Shown in pieces: positions 10,808 to 25,100 of a DNA stretch of 64,000 bases (position 1 is its first letter; every line of letters starts with the position of its first letter). The DNA is from Octopus sinensis (taxonomy: Eukaryota): assembly GCF_006345805.1 (NCBI RefSeq), contig NC_043002.1, positions 15,314,001 to 15,378,000 of the forward strand, written 5' to 3'. The position numbers and the translations under genes are program-made. The notes under the pieces are model-generated. The model did not search any database. It had not been told where the DNA came from and worked only from the letters and a program-made list of their open reading frames with translations.

Positions 10808-12844
10808 ATATAATTGTTAGAGCATCCTTTATTCTTACATTATTATATTTTCATTCCTGTAAGTATTTAAATAAATCAATATAATCTCCTGGCGTCTAAA
10901 TTCGTATGACTGTGGAAAATAGAAAATAAAGCAATGACTTATATTGAAAAACTAAAATATATTAAAACGTATACTATTTCAAATAATCTTAAAAATATAA
11001 ATACAAATACGTACTCCCCACTCTACACACATATCACACGTATACGATAATTTTCCCGAATTATATTTAGAGACGACCAGGAAGCGGATAAAATCTTAAT
11101 AGTAGTTGTAAAATATCAAAACCTTCTCGGTAAAGAACAAAATGAAGAAATATAATTAACGGCTTAAATAAAAATTCAATATCGAAAACCAATAAATATA
11201 TGGTTCTACATAAGTGAAAAAGCTGAGTTGAGAACATTATCGCCATTAATTAAAGAATCGTGTAACGTATTAAGTTATTAATATGTACATCTACTCAAAC
11301 AAAGCCATCAAGATTTTTAAAAAATACATACCCAAGGCGAGACTGTCTACGAGTCCCCTCACTCTAATTACTAGAACTAAGAATAATATTTCAAATATTT
11401 GTTGAATATTTCATATCTTAGAGTTATACAACGTTTAAATTTGGGAATGCAATTTTGCCACTGTGGGATATATTTGGCGATATGACATGCGTGCAATAAT
11501 TATAATTGAAATTTGGTCAAATTAAAAAGTACGTATAAACTGATAAAATGAATAATAGTTATAAAAAACAAGCAAATAACTGCCTTAAAATAAGAAAAAA
11601 AATTCTCATTTGCATAGCTCTTCCCCTGCTACTGTCAATATTTCTCCCTATGGCACATGTTTGAACTCATCCCTGACTTTGTATGACTCTTGCTTCCTCA
11701 TGTTCCAACTCTCCCACTTCCTCGACGTATACCGTCACACTAGAAATAATAAATCAAACAACCAATATTTGTACGGAATTATATAGAAATGCTGTTTTAT
11801 TTGGACTGTCATCATATTTTTGAATCCTGATAACTTCTTTTTTTCATGTTTGCAATCTCAGAAGAAATTTCAAAAAGAGAAAGCTGTCTTGAATCTTAAA
11901 CTCACAATTTATACTTTGAATATAGCATATTATTAGCGATGTCGTTTTGACATATGCGGAATCATGTTGAGCAACGGCTATTACGGAAGAGCCCTTCTCG
12001 TTTGATCTTTCAGGATCTATATGCTTTAACACGGGATAAGCAACACAGATATAAATTCATTTTATGATACAGCTGACAAATAATGTGCTTGTAAACATTC
12101 GCTTTTTCCATGTCTTTCTTTGATCACCCTAACATAGATTTCATGTACGCGATCTCAGTGACATCAAAACTTCAACTAAACCAAGGATGTTGCTATTGTG
12201 AACAACACTAATAAGATAGGATATACCACGTAACAGTAAAACCCTTTTGTTCCAAAATAAATTAATGCCCATTTAAAGGTGTTAAATTTTAATCCGTCTC
12301 ACATTTACGTACGCTTATATTGCCCGTATCTCCCTTCAATGAGGTATTCTTAGCGCTCTGTGAATACACAATTTAATTTATACTGTTTACTACATCAAAG
12401 CTCAAGAAAACTACCTGACATTCTCAATTGTTGTGGGATAGAGCATTTATCGCCTCTTGTAAAATCTGACTCATTAACTACTGTTTGTAACAAGCTAAAG
12501 AGATGATAAAGAAAATAGGGAAAATTTCCTTGAAAACTAGCCCATATGATGTAGAGAGGCCGCTGCTCTTTGTTTAAATATAAATATTCCGAACTAAATT
12601 ATTCAAGTATGAACGGAAAAAAAATATCTTCTTCAGTATGTTCTTTTTGCGAAAACAAGATATTAGTGCTAAAGCATCAGGAAATATATTTTCACTAATT
12701 TCTTACATATGTGCATAAGTATTATGTCTCATCCCAAACTACCTCTCATCTATATTTCTCGTAATCTGTGTCTCTAATTAATTATTCAATTACGTTTTCT
12801 GAACATAACTTCAAGAAAAATACAAAAGACGAAGACATGCCGTG

Positions 12845-12945
12845 TATAAAAACAAACAGATGTATTAGTATAACGCTCAGGAATTGAAAAAGTATTTTAC
12901 GTTTCGAGCCTACGCTCTTCTACAGAAAGGGACATCGAAAAAACA
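12845..12945 (-). mobile_element. Short interspersed repeat (PLE-like tail) with hammerhead-like motif; copy 1
   Basis: Homologous to 39053-39160; minus strand UUU-CUGUAGAA-GAGC-GUAG-GCUC-GAAAC-GUA-AAA. Confidence 0.55.
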
Positions 12946-14090
12946 AATAATAGTAATGACAATAATAGTAGTTCAAATTTCGAAGGTTTATATCTATAAA
13001 TTAACAGAATGGGTTAAAAAATCCAAGGCTGTGAGTATTTTACAGAATATTTGTAAAGAGAAGGCCTTACAGCAGTTTCCGTAATATTTTATATATCCCT
13101 TCATAGACGGTGCGAGAAAGCGTTTGAGTAATAGTTATAGAGAATATATGAAATACAGAGTGCAGTGGTGGAATGAAAACAGTGGTAAGATACGTAATGT
13201 TACTGTATCTGCAGTATCATTATTTAAGCAGAAAGGTGTATAAATGTTCCTCTACCTTGTGTGTGAGTTCCAATGTTGTTTATATTTGGTCATTCCAAGC
13301 ATAGAGTCTTGTAAACGGTGTTATTCGATCGAGGATTTTTTGAAGTGATTTAAAAGCTAGGTGTGTTTGTAAGGTCAAATCAAAAACAGGAAGATAGAAA
13401 AAAGGCGAGAGATAGAGAGAGAAATAAATGAAGAAAGAGGTGTCCTAGCTAGTGGTCAACATAAAATGATAGAAAGAAGGGAGAGGTGAGAGGAGAGAGA
13501 GAGTAAGAAATGAGAGGGTAAAGAGATAAGGGGGTAAAGAGTAAAATAGTGTGAGGCATGTTGTGATAAAGCTTTAGCGATGGGCATAGAAAATATGGAG
13601 AGAAGGTAAGTGTAGTAAAATTGAAGTGGAATTAAAAATGGGGAATATAAGTTAAGTAACTTGAAAGGACAGACTATTGGTGGGTAGTATAAGAATTGGA
13701 GAAGATGTATACACACAAACGTATCCACACATGTATATAGACATTTACATACATCAACACACATATAGGCATACATACTCTTGTATGTTACATGCATCCA
13801 GGTATATACACGCTCATTTGTGTCTATTTTTGTATATATAAATTCTTGCATAGCTTCACATAACACGTGTTTGAGTAAAGATGGGTTATTTGCGATTAGA
13901 ATATTTTCGGTCAATGACCTGTTTGATCAACTGTGTGAGGCGGAATTACGTTAGAGCTTAACAAGATTTGAGGTAAAAAAATTGCGCGATTTTATTTACG
14001 ATAGATGAAGCCTATCATAAATAAGAGAACCTCAATACATAAGACAGAATTTGAATGATATAAGATGATGGAATTGAAAATTATATATAT

Positions 14091-14495
14091 AGGCGTAGGA
14101 GTGGCTGTGTGGTAAGTAGCTTGTTTAACAACCACATGGTTCCGGGTTCAGTACCACTGCGTGGCACCTTGGGCAAGTGTCTTCTACTATAGCCGCGGGC
14201 CGACCGAAGCCTTGTGAGTGGATTTGGTAGACGGAAACTGAAAGAAGCCCGTCGTATATATGTGTATATATGGGTGTGTGTGCATATGTTTGTGTGTCTG
14301 TGTTTGTCCCCCCCCAACATCACTTGACAACAGATGCTGGTGTGTTTATGTCACCGTAACTGAGCGGTTCGGCAAAAGGGACCGATGGAAAAAGTACTAG
14401 GCTTACAAATAATAAGTCCTGGGGTCGATTTTCTCGAGTAAAGGCGGTGCTCGACTAAAGGCGGTGACTGAAACACGTAAAAGTGTAAAGAGAGT
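14091..14495 (+). mobile_element. tRNA-derived CORE-like SINE, family B
   Basis: AGGCGTAGGAGTGGCTGTGTGGTAAGTAGC...GGTTCAGTACCAC head, CCTTGGGCAAGTGTCTTCT segment, internal TA/TG tract; ten related copies in the window. Confidence 0.92.
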
Positions 14496-15039
14496 GTATA
14501 TATATATATATATATATATAATCTTATTCTGATCAATGTTTGCCATCATCCAACAGTCTCTTATTGTCTATTGAACACTACGGTACTGTATGATTATATG
14601 ATTTCACTGTTATTATTAATATGGAGTGACCAATACCGAAATACCAAAATACTCCATTTTTGTGTCGTTATATTTCAGTGTTTATCATAGATAAGTAACC
14701 TTTGAACGTTCAACAGAAAGATAACGTGGAGCCATTTTGTAAGAACTGTATTTTCATTGGCACACGTCGCTTTCTCACCTAATACCAGATCAACATCGTT
14801 TGTAACTCTTTGAACAAGATTGTTAATGAAAGCACAGACAGTACAACATTGACTAATTTATATCTGAGAAAATTTATAATTTCTATATTTCATGTCCTTA
14901 TTACCATTATTAGATAGAACATTGGTACCACATCTATCAAGTTCACTGACATCAATTATCACTTTCAAATGAAATTACGACAGACATTAGCGCTGTCTCT
15001 GATGTGCTTATATCTTGTCATGACAAGTGTATACATATG

Positions 15040-15199
15040 TATGTACTTACATATATATATATGTGTGTGTGTGTGTATGCGTATATATAAGTATATATAT
15101 ATACGTATATATATATATATATAATATATATACATATATATATACATATATATATACATATATATATACATATATATATACATATATATATACATATAT

Positions 15200-15242
<43 letters not shown>

Positions 15243-15320
15243 TACATATATACAAACGCATAAATATATAAGTTGGATGATATAAGATATCATATTATAT
15301 ATATATATATATATATATAA
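15040..15320. repeat. (TA)n/(CATATATATATA)n microsatellite
   Basis: Direct reading. Confidence 0.95.
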
Positions 15321-16129
15321 TAAATATTAGGGAATAAATCCAATTTACAGGGAAAAAATCAGATTTAGGATTAAATCGATTTTATAGTAAAATATTATAA
15401 AATATTATTAGAGACAAAACCACTATTTTGCAAAACAAACAAGGAAAGACTTAATCAATACATAAAATTTTAATAAATAGTCAAAAAAAACCGCCACTAC
15501 AATCGTTTCTTGTCTTGATCGACAATCTTCAGGTGGACTTCCAATCTAAAAAATCAATATTTTAAAATATAAAAATAATAATTTTAAAATAATTAAAGTA
15601 TGAATGAAAAAATATAAGTATATAATCCATATATAACCTATCTATAATAATATATATCAATATATAAACAATATATAAACTAAAAAAACCTATCAACAAT
15701 TAAATATAAAATATAAAATATAAAATATAAAATATAAAATATAAAACAAAACAAAAAAAATAATAATATAATAATAACTATATATACACCCATACACATA
15801 TACCTACTTATATATACCATATCTAACTACATACACTAAATCACACACCTATATATATATCCCTATACATACACATAAAAATGTCTAGGCAACTATAAAT
15901 AAATAAAATAGCTAAATACTTCAACACAATACTTATTCATACTCCCACACACACACACATACAACCCACATTCACGCTCTAGAAAACGGACATCACTCAA
16001 AACTATGAACGGAGAAATGGAATAAATAGAATTAAAAATTATATTCACTTGGTAAAACGCACACACACACACATACAACCCACTAAGTCTTTCCTTGTTT
16101 GTTTTGCAAAATAGTGGTTTGTCTCTATA

Positions 16130-16140
<11 letters not shown>
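15320..16140 (-). mobile_element. Penelope-like element terminal fragment with inverted partial repeat
   Basis: 15397-15453 and 16084-16138 are near-identical inverted repeats; hammerhead motif inside; flanked by (TA)n. Confidence 0.7.
15494..15536 (-). ncRNA. Minimal type I hammerhead ribozyme, apparently intact
   Basis: Minus strand CCAC-CUGAAGA-UUGUC-GAUCAA-GACAA-GAAAC-GAUU-GUA-GUGG: 4-bp stem I, 5-bp stem II, full core, self-complementary stem III ACGAUUGU, GUA cleavage triplet. Confidence 0.8.
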
Positions 16141-16193
<53 letters not shown>

Positions 16194-16886
16194 CACAACA
16201 TCCACGGAAGCATGCAGAGATTTACAAGTTCGTAAGTCATATTGACAGAAAATGCCGTGATGGCCATAATATGAAAAAAGGAAAAGTTCGTTAATGGTTA
16301 TAAACTTACAAAAGAGGAAAACAATTAAGGGGTCGGATGGTATAATTATTCCATCTCCCAAATTTGAATTACTATGTTCTGAGAAAACGTTTGCCTGCAG
16401 ACACTTATAATAGCAGTCATATGACGTTACCACATCTACTGTAAGCATTCAATAACGTATAACCAAATACACGGCAATCCGCACATATTCAAAACTGACT
16501 AAATTGACCCCAAACGCAGCAATCAAAATGCAAGCGGAGAACAGCACTTCAAATCATGCGTAACCAAGCTCATGCAAAGTCACACCGTGTTAGGTAAATA
16601 TACTAGTTTATTTGCAAGCAAAAACCTATCCACATCATTTCCTTTTACCTTCAGGATTAGAATACACAAACAGAACTTTCAATTTTGCAGGAATACCAGA
16701 TGAAGGATACTTATCTACCATCGACAGCTACTTTTAGAACAACTAGAAATATATACAAATATTCAAATATAAGTTTTTCTTTTGTCGTAATTTCTCAAGT
16801 AAACATATGCAGTATTTTTAACTTTAAGGAATTATTCTACACATTAAAAATCCTCTATGCGCAATATTAATATCTTGGAATGTCTA

Positions 16887-16976
<90 letters not shown>

Positions 16977-17529
16977 ATCATCTAGTACATATTAACCTGC
17001 CATATGCCTCTCCGATCCACAATATTCCGTTCATAAATTAAGGTGGCATTTTAATCGAATAAAATACGTTACAAATATCGAACTAATGCGACAATTATTA
17101 AAGCACTTATCTACAAACCTCCCTGCAGCTTTATATATTCTCAGCAAGATACAACCCTTGAAAGATAGATCTTGAAATACAAGTACATTACAACAGCCTA
17201 CGTTCTGTAAACGTCCGTAATTCTTATACACATACGTTAAAACAAAAATATACACGCACCATTGCCAAGGACACATAGGAGAAACGGTCACACTCGACTA
17301 CATTCCGTACAGCCATATCTGGGAAACATTTGTTACAGTTTAACAACAAAATATATATGCCATCACTAGCATGTAAGGCGTCCTGTAAAGGGTCACCACT
17401 CTGTGTATAAATTCTATACACTTATATTTATATATAAACAATTGGTTAGGTGCTCAAGTATTATACGACCCCATTCGGTTTCAGAAGGTTTTTATTTGGA
17501 CGATGATTTATATGAGTTACATATATACA

Positions 17530-17730
17530 CAGGGTGTACAAAACGTCTCTCCGTAGTAAGTATTTTATTGCAAAATAAATATAATATGGTATAAGACTAC
17601 AAAGAATATATTAGATTTTACAAGACTTTAAGAAAACTTTATAAGAGGTGTATTTTCAATACATAAGTTGACTCTTCACGTGTCTTGGATGAAAAAAAAT
17701 TCACTGCGGAGATAATTTGTGAACACCCTG
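17530..17730. mobile_element. Tc1/mariner-type MITE (about 200 bp)
   Basis: Imperfect TIRs CAGGGTGTACAAAACGTCTCTCCGTAG and the reverse complement of CTGCGGAGATAATTTGTGAACACCCTG; TA at the right end. Confidence 0.7.
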
Positions 17731-17760
17731 TATCTATATGTGTGTGTATATATATATATG

Positions 17761-17897
<137 letters not shown>

Positions 17898-17908
17898 ATA
17901 TATATATA

Positions 17909-18521
17909 GGGTGCGGTCAATATTCTGTCGTCTAGATTACGCAAAAATGAAAATGATACTGACATCTCATTTTAACAGGTATATTGAAAAAAATTCATAA
18001 AAATATCTTGAAGTACTTATGAGTAAATTTATTCAATAAAATTGCCTGTGTGGAAGGGTACTGTTGCAAATACAGTGTCTTCTAAGAGACAACTTCTTAA
18101 ACGAGGTCAGCACTATCTCTCCCATGCACTTCATGTAGGCCCTCGCGTTGGGTCTCAGGCCGTGTGGAAGATGAATGGAGGCATAACGTCGTCACTACTA
18201 GTGATTACTCCAAACGCCATGATGTTGACTGGATGATTGATTTGTATAACTCCGTTTACATGCCATCAGATTGCACTATCCTCAGTTTGACAGCTAAACA
18301 ATCTGAGCGGTGCTTATTGGAGCTTCCGGCGCGAATGTCAAGCAGTACCTCATGGCGTTTTCAAATTTCTGTGAGATTGAATTGCGTGATGTTACTGACG
18401 TTTTCACAGACGGTGCCCAATTGACCCTACTGCACTATGTAATCGATAGTATCCAAAAGAAACAAAGCGCATACGCGAAATTCAAAAGTATATAATGACG
18501 TTAAATTACTCATTGCACCCA
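17909..18521 (-). mobile_element. Internally deleted Tc1/mariner-superfamily transposon (maT/DD37D-like)
   Basis: Minus strand peptides KRHEVLLDIRAGSSN (HTH region) and HPVNIMAFGVITSSDDVMPPFIF-HGLRPNARAYMKCMGEIVL; imperfect GGGTGC termini next to TA. Confidence 0.75.
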
Positions 18522-18566
18522 TATCTCTCTCTCTCTCTCTCTATATATATAATATATATATATAAT

Positions 18567-18600
<34 letters not shown>

Positions 18601-21378
18601 ATTGTATATATGTATATAATATATATATTAATACATACATACATACATACATACATACTATATATATATATACATATACATATATACATATATATATACG
18701 TGCATATATGTACATATATATATATATATAGATATGTACAAATACATGCATACATACACACACACACATATATGTTTGTATGTGTGTAAATGTGTCTGTG
18801 GGTGTTTGTGTGTTTGCGTGTGTATGCGCGCGTGTGTGTTGCTGTGAGAAAGTAGGATAATCACAAGTTACATTGTCTGTGCCTATTTACGTTTCCCCAT
18901 TATAATTCATTGGAACACTCCATGAAGCGTCCCAAGTGCATTTGGAGGTTTATGCAGAACACATTATCACGGAAAACATTATTGAATTAAGTTACAAAAA
19001 AGAATTGTAGAGGGGATATTCACACGATGACTTGTATATATATTGTCAATATGTTCCGGCAAATTCTGGCGTGAATCTGCTACTCCCTACTGTTTCATCA
19101 CAGAACAGGTCCTCCTATGAACAAACACAATAGCGATTTGTATATTCACGTTGGAAAATACTGTGGCGTATCAAGAATATAAAAGTAAACACTTTTGTTC
19201 GTTGTGTATTTGACAATTTATATATTTATATAGTGTGTGTATGTGCGTGCATGTTTGTATGTTTGTGTGTGGATGGATGCTTGAGTGTGCGTGGTGTGTT
19301 TTTGCGTGTGTGTATGTATGTTGTGTTTGTATATACGTGTATGTATATAGAGGTGCATAGGTGTGTGTGTGAATACATGTATTTCAATGCTTACAGAGCA
19401 TTTCTTCTGCGGAATTCTCCTTCGGCATCTTCTATATACTTCTTAATAATGCGTGTAGTATACATGAAGGTCTTCTTTCTTGATATGTCTGACTTCACAC
19501 CGTCTTCTAGTTAGTATATTATAATTTTCTCATACGATTTCTTGGAATTAATGTGTTTGTTCATCATAGTGGCCGCAGTAAATTGTCTGAACATGATACG
19601 TTTCAATTTAAGTTGAATCTCTTGCTAAGGTTACTTTAAGTTAATGTTTTTTCCTGTTTGGAGATTGCTCGTTCTTTTACACATCCACAACAATGTGATT
19701 GCAGTAATATAATTAGAAACGAGTTTAAATTTTCTTCGGCGAATCGTCTCAGTAATCCGGACATTTATTTCTGATAAAGGATTATAAGCACGCAAGATGT
19801 AACGAAAACGTTAGCTCCTCTTTGGAGTTTACTGTCTCTTTTACGCACGGACTTGGGATCAAGTGTTTTTAGCCTACGCTTCGGGTGTAAGATTAACTAA
19901 TTTCACTAATTTGATGAAACGTAGCTAATTTGTGTATAGCAGCATCACTGTCACTGTCTTGAGATCGAAGTCTTTTTGATTGTTTAATTACAACGCAAAC
20001 TATGAAACAATTATATCAGGAAAGAAAGAAAACTTTTGCGTACTTCCTAGCAGGTAAAAAATGTCACTGCATTTTACTACGAACTGGAGTAGCGTATAAC
20101 AATGTGCCTAACATATTTATTACCAGCTGGTGTAATAGCAAAACTCTAAAATACATAACCCATTCAGCCAGCTGAATGTCGATGTATTTACTGCTTGATT
20201 ATAAATTGATTTATATAAATAGACCTTGGCAAGGAATTTACTATAACTATCGATTCCGACTTTAGTGTTATAATGCATGTTAGGAAGTAATTCTCTGTTC
20301 TGTCTATGACGGCTTCGTTTGCAATGACATTTCTAAATGCATGAAAAATATGCCTGATCTCTTAGATACATAAATTAATCACGCAACCATTTGAAAAGAT
20401 GAACAAAAGCCCAACGTTTATATTAAATGTTAAATATAACCCAACCATCATTAATAATATTGAGCGTATATTGTATGTTCTAAGACAACACCAAAACCTG
20501 CCAAAAGTTTCTTGGCATCAGTCATATCACAGACTTTCACAAATCAGCCACACTCGCCTACAAAATTTGAGTTTCCTGAACCTGTCGGTGACTTATGCTT
20601 CGAAATACACACAGGCCGAGTTAACAAAAAATACACAAGACATTATGAAAACGGATGCGCAAACCTAATAATGCCACAAATGTAGAAGATACAAACATGA
20701 TTCTTTGAATTTTTCTTTATACGAAATTACCTTGTGATTAACTAAAACAACTGCCTCAATTTTCTAAATACATAAGTGTTGGAAAATTTAAAATAGCTGT
20801 GCACGAAACGGTCTTGGAAAACTTTTTTTAAAAATTAATTAGAATAACCAAAGTGTAGAACTCGTTTCCACTGAACTCGCCTCCTTATATCTTGCGTGCT
20901 TATAATCACTCATACATCTCTTGGAAACAGGCTGCAGTCATAGAATGAATTATTCTGTTAATCAGAAAAATTACTACAAAGTAATTCATCATTTCAAGGC
21001 TCAGCTCATGACCCCGTCCAAATGACTGGCTAAACTCTACTACATAATAAGTGTACTTCTATCTATCTGTCTATCTGCCTGTCTGTATGTCTGTCTAGCT
21101 ATCTATCTATCTGTCTGTCTGTCTATCTATCTTGCTAGCTACCTCTCCCTAATTATATATATATTATATATCTATTATATATATATCTATATATATATAG
21201 AATATATAATATTAATTCAATTTCTGTCTACCAAATACACATACAAGGATTTGGTAGCATTACCCTGCGTTTGAGAATATAAAATCACGTCTTTCTCTAA
21301 GACATCTCCACGCTTCTAAAGCAAACTTCGTTTGCTTACGTTGATCGTTGTTTGAATTTTATATATATATATATACAT

Positions 21379-21647
21379 ATAAACTTAGATAAACTTAGAT
21401 ATGTTTCGACCAATGATTGGTCCAGGCCATGTCTAACTTAATAGCACCACCTGATAGGATTATTTGAATCCTGTTTAAGTCAAGTTTTGTTTATGGTCCA
21501 TTCAAGTAGTGAGTTTTTGTTGGGTGTGTTGTATCCAATTAAGGGTGGCTTATCTGGTATTCCTTGAAGGAATCCATCCAGGCACCGTTTAAAGTTGATG
21601 GGATCCTTTTTCTCTTTGATCTCTTTCGGGACAATGTTAAATAGGGC

Positions 21648-21650
<3 letters not shown>
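21379..21650 (-). mobile_element. CR1-clade LINE extreme 3' fragment
   Basis: ALFNIVPKEIKEKKDPINFKRCLDGFLQGIPDKPPLIGYNTPNKNSLLEW*, then 3' UTR stem-loop and a TATCTAAGTT repeat. Confidence 0.85.
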
Positions 21651-21688
<38 letters not shown>

Positions 21689-23399
21689 TATATATATATA
21701 TATATACATATATTATATATTTATATATATATATATATAAATATAATATATATATAATATATATATATACATTATATATATATGGTAATAGAGACACATA
21801 CACGCACACACACACACACATAGAAGCATATATATGTGTATAATATTAAATTCTAAATAGGCTTTCATATGGCCTTCATATGTTCTCTGTGCATTTTCAG
21901 CTTCATTTATTACACATTCCCGCATACTCACGCAAAATCACACTCGAACGCCTACACGCAAAACCCCAGTGATGCATATAGATTTCTGCAATATATTTTC
22001 TACTTCATTGCGACGTTGATGATCTTTGTCATTGTCAACCCGACACTTTGGATATCTGTACGTCTTTTAAAGATGCCTTCCAGGCTTTCGAGCATGTCAA
22101 GGATAGTTGATAGCATTATGATTATAGAGTTGGAATTAGTCGAAAACTCCGCACGTCGGATGCCAGAATATTTCAAGAGTCATCAAAGAGATTGTGTAAC
22201 ATTTTAGGGGCCATCCTCTCGTCGGTTTAGAGTGCATCAAATCTACTACTCAACAACTGTTTCGCATTTTAATCCAGTTTTGGACCATCACTTTTACAGC
22301 AGCGTCTCATCAATTCTCTTCAGCCATATCCATTGCCTGGTCCCTGGTCCTCTCAAATGTCGCCAAGGTGACGCTTGCTTGCCGATGCTGCACACCAAAA
22401 GATAACAGCATTCATCTCATTCTGGACCAAAGAAAATTCCTACACTCTACCTGTATAGAAATTGCATAACACAACCACTAGCATCTACACATTCTATACG
22501 ATTATAAAAGTGCAATGTTTGTCTAATAAATAAATTCTGACATATGTATTAACAATTTTTGCATGAAAAATATTTGGACACGTTATATTCTTACACGTAC
22601 ATACGTGCGTACAAATAAACAACTTGCTTGATTGGAATCACTTCAAAATTATAGACTGTACATTTGATAATGCTGTGCGAATGGAATGCACTTAATTTAT
22701 AACAAAAATACGTACGCTACATAGAATAAAAGAAGTGGATTACAAGGTTGTGCTAAAAAATCCTGCCTTTGGTAAAAGAAAACAGGTGGGGATCAGTAAA
22801 TTTTATTCATCATATACCTCTCTTAGATTCACACGCTTATTGCAGCGTTGCTTCAGTTTTTCTAAGCCCTACAAATGAACTCGGAGGGCTGGGCCTAGAA
22901 CAAGGCCGTTCATAACAGCCTTAAATACAAGAAATTCACAGCAGCCTCTCACACGTTGTCAACTAGATGAAGATTACAGGGATACAGTAAGCGCGTTCAT
23001 TTTGAGGTGTTAGAATATGAGCGTTCGTCATAATTTATAGAAATTATTCCATTATTCGCAGAGTGGCTGGTAATCATTCAGTAATTATATAACGAGAATT
23101 ATGCATTATTTCAAACTTGCATAATGAGATTCTAGATATTTAATTAATTATAGATTTTAATATGCCATGATAATACAGCTTCAGTTTTCTTCCCCAATTA
23201 TAATACGACACATGTTGTTTATTCTTTCTTACATTTTGTAACAGGTGTTTGAGGAAATTAATTAGAGAAATGGTATTTGATGAGATGAACGCATCATGAT
23301 ATAAAACTATAATTTCAGAAGAAATTACATAACTACTCAAACAAAAGATTCATACATTCATAACCTCATGCATATAAAACACACATAAAATTAAACCTA

Positions 23400-23466
23400 C
23401 ACACACACACACACCACACACACACACACATACACACACATACACACAGACATGCACACACATACA

Positions 23467-23504
<38 letters not shown>

Positions 23505-23655
23505 TATATATATATATATATTATATATATATATTTGTGTGAGCGTGTATACAAATATCTTTATATATATGGATATAAACGTGTCCATGTGTCTGTCATG
23601 TCAGTATATGCACAGGCTCACACACAAAGACCCACGGGCACATACACACTCACTC

Positions 23656-23734
<79 letters not shown>

Positions 23735-23758
23735 CATACATACATATATATATATGTG

Positions 23759-23791
<33 letters not shown>

Positions 23792-23802
23792 AACATACAT
23801 AC

Positions 23803-23855
<53 letters not shown>

Positions 23856-23900
23856 CAGAGAGAATGAGAGAGGAGGAGTCAGGGGGAGAGAGAAGGAAGG
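23400..23900. repeat. Compound (CA)n/(TA)n/(GA)n microsatellite block
   Basis: Direct reading. Confidence 0.93.
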
Positions 23901-24324
23901 AAAATGACATATAGATACGCTTATAAATACATGGATGAGTAGTTATTAAACTAGAATGCTGATTTAGCTATTTAGCATTACAGCAACATAGCTACTGGAA
24001 GTTTAAATTTCCTTTAAATAGGGAATCAGTTTCCAACACAATGATACAATTACTTGTGGAATATTACATTAAACAATTAGCAATATCTTTTGTTAGTATT
24101 AAACGTATCTCCATCCATGTATTTAATAGAATGTGTGTTCGGAATTTTATAAGGCAAATTCAATGCATGTATCTAAATGCATATAAAAAACAAATTGTTG
24201 TATTGCACACACACACACCCAAAACATATATATATTTATACACTTACACGTGCTTTCATATGGATACACATATATCCATATTTTAATATATATATGCATA
24301 TGTATATATATATATATATATTTA

Positions 24325-24828
<504 letters not shown>

Positions 24829-24849
24829 TATATATATATATAATATAAT

Positions 24850-25100
24850 GGACTCGACAATTTCATACGCAGCAACCACACATATTAGTTTGTTTATTGT
24901 GATCAAGTGTTTGTGTAACCATAATCTCATTCTCTCCATCATTTCGACATTACCTGTAAAGGTGCCACTGGGTGCCACATGTCAGATGGCAAAATGATCG
25001 CAGAGCAACTTGAAATGAAGTGCTTTGCTCGAGAACACAACGCAACGCCCGGTGTGGGTAAAGAACCCAGATCTCGCAGTCGTCAGAGCAACACCCTAAC
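24850..25100 (-). mobile_element. Probable fourth tRNA-derived CORE-like SINE (family D), diverged
   Basis: Minus strand GTTAGGGTGTTGCTCTGACGACTGCGAGATCTGGGTTC...ACCGGGCGTTGCGTTGTGTTCTCGAGCAAAGCACTTCATTTC. Confidence 0.55.

Noticed and set aside
21960-22440. GC-richer segment that might be an RTE or LTR-element remnant
   Set aside because: No frame gave a motif I could assign with confidence
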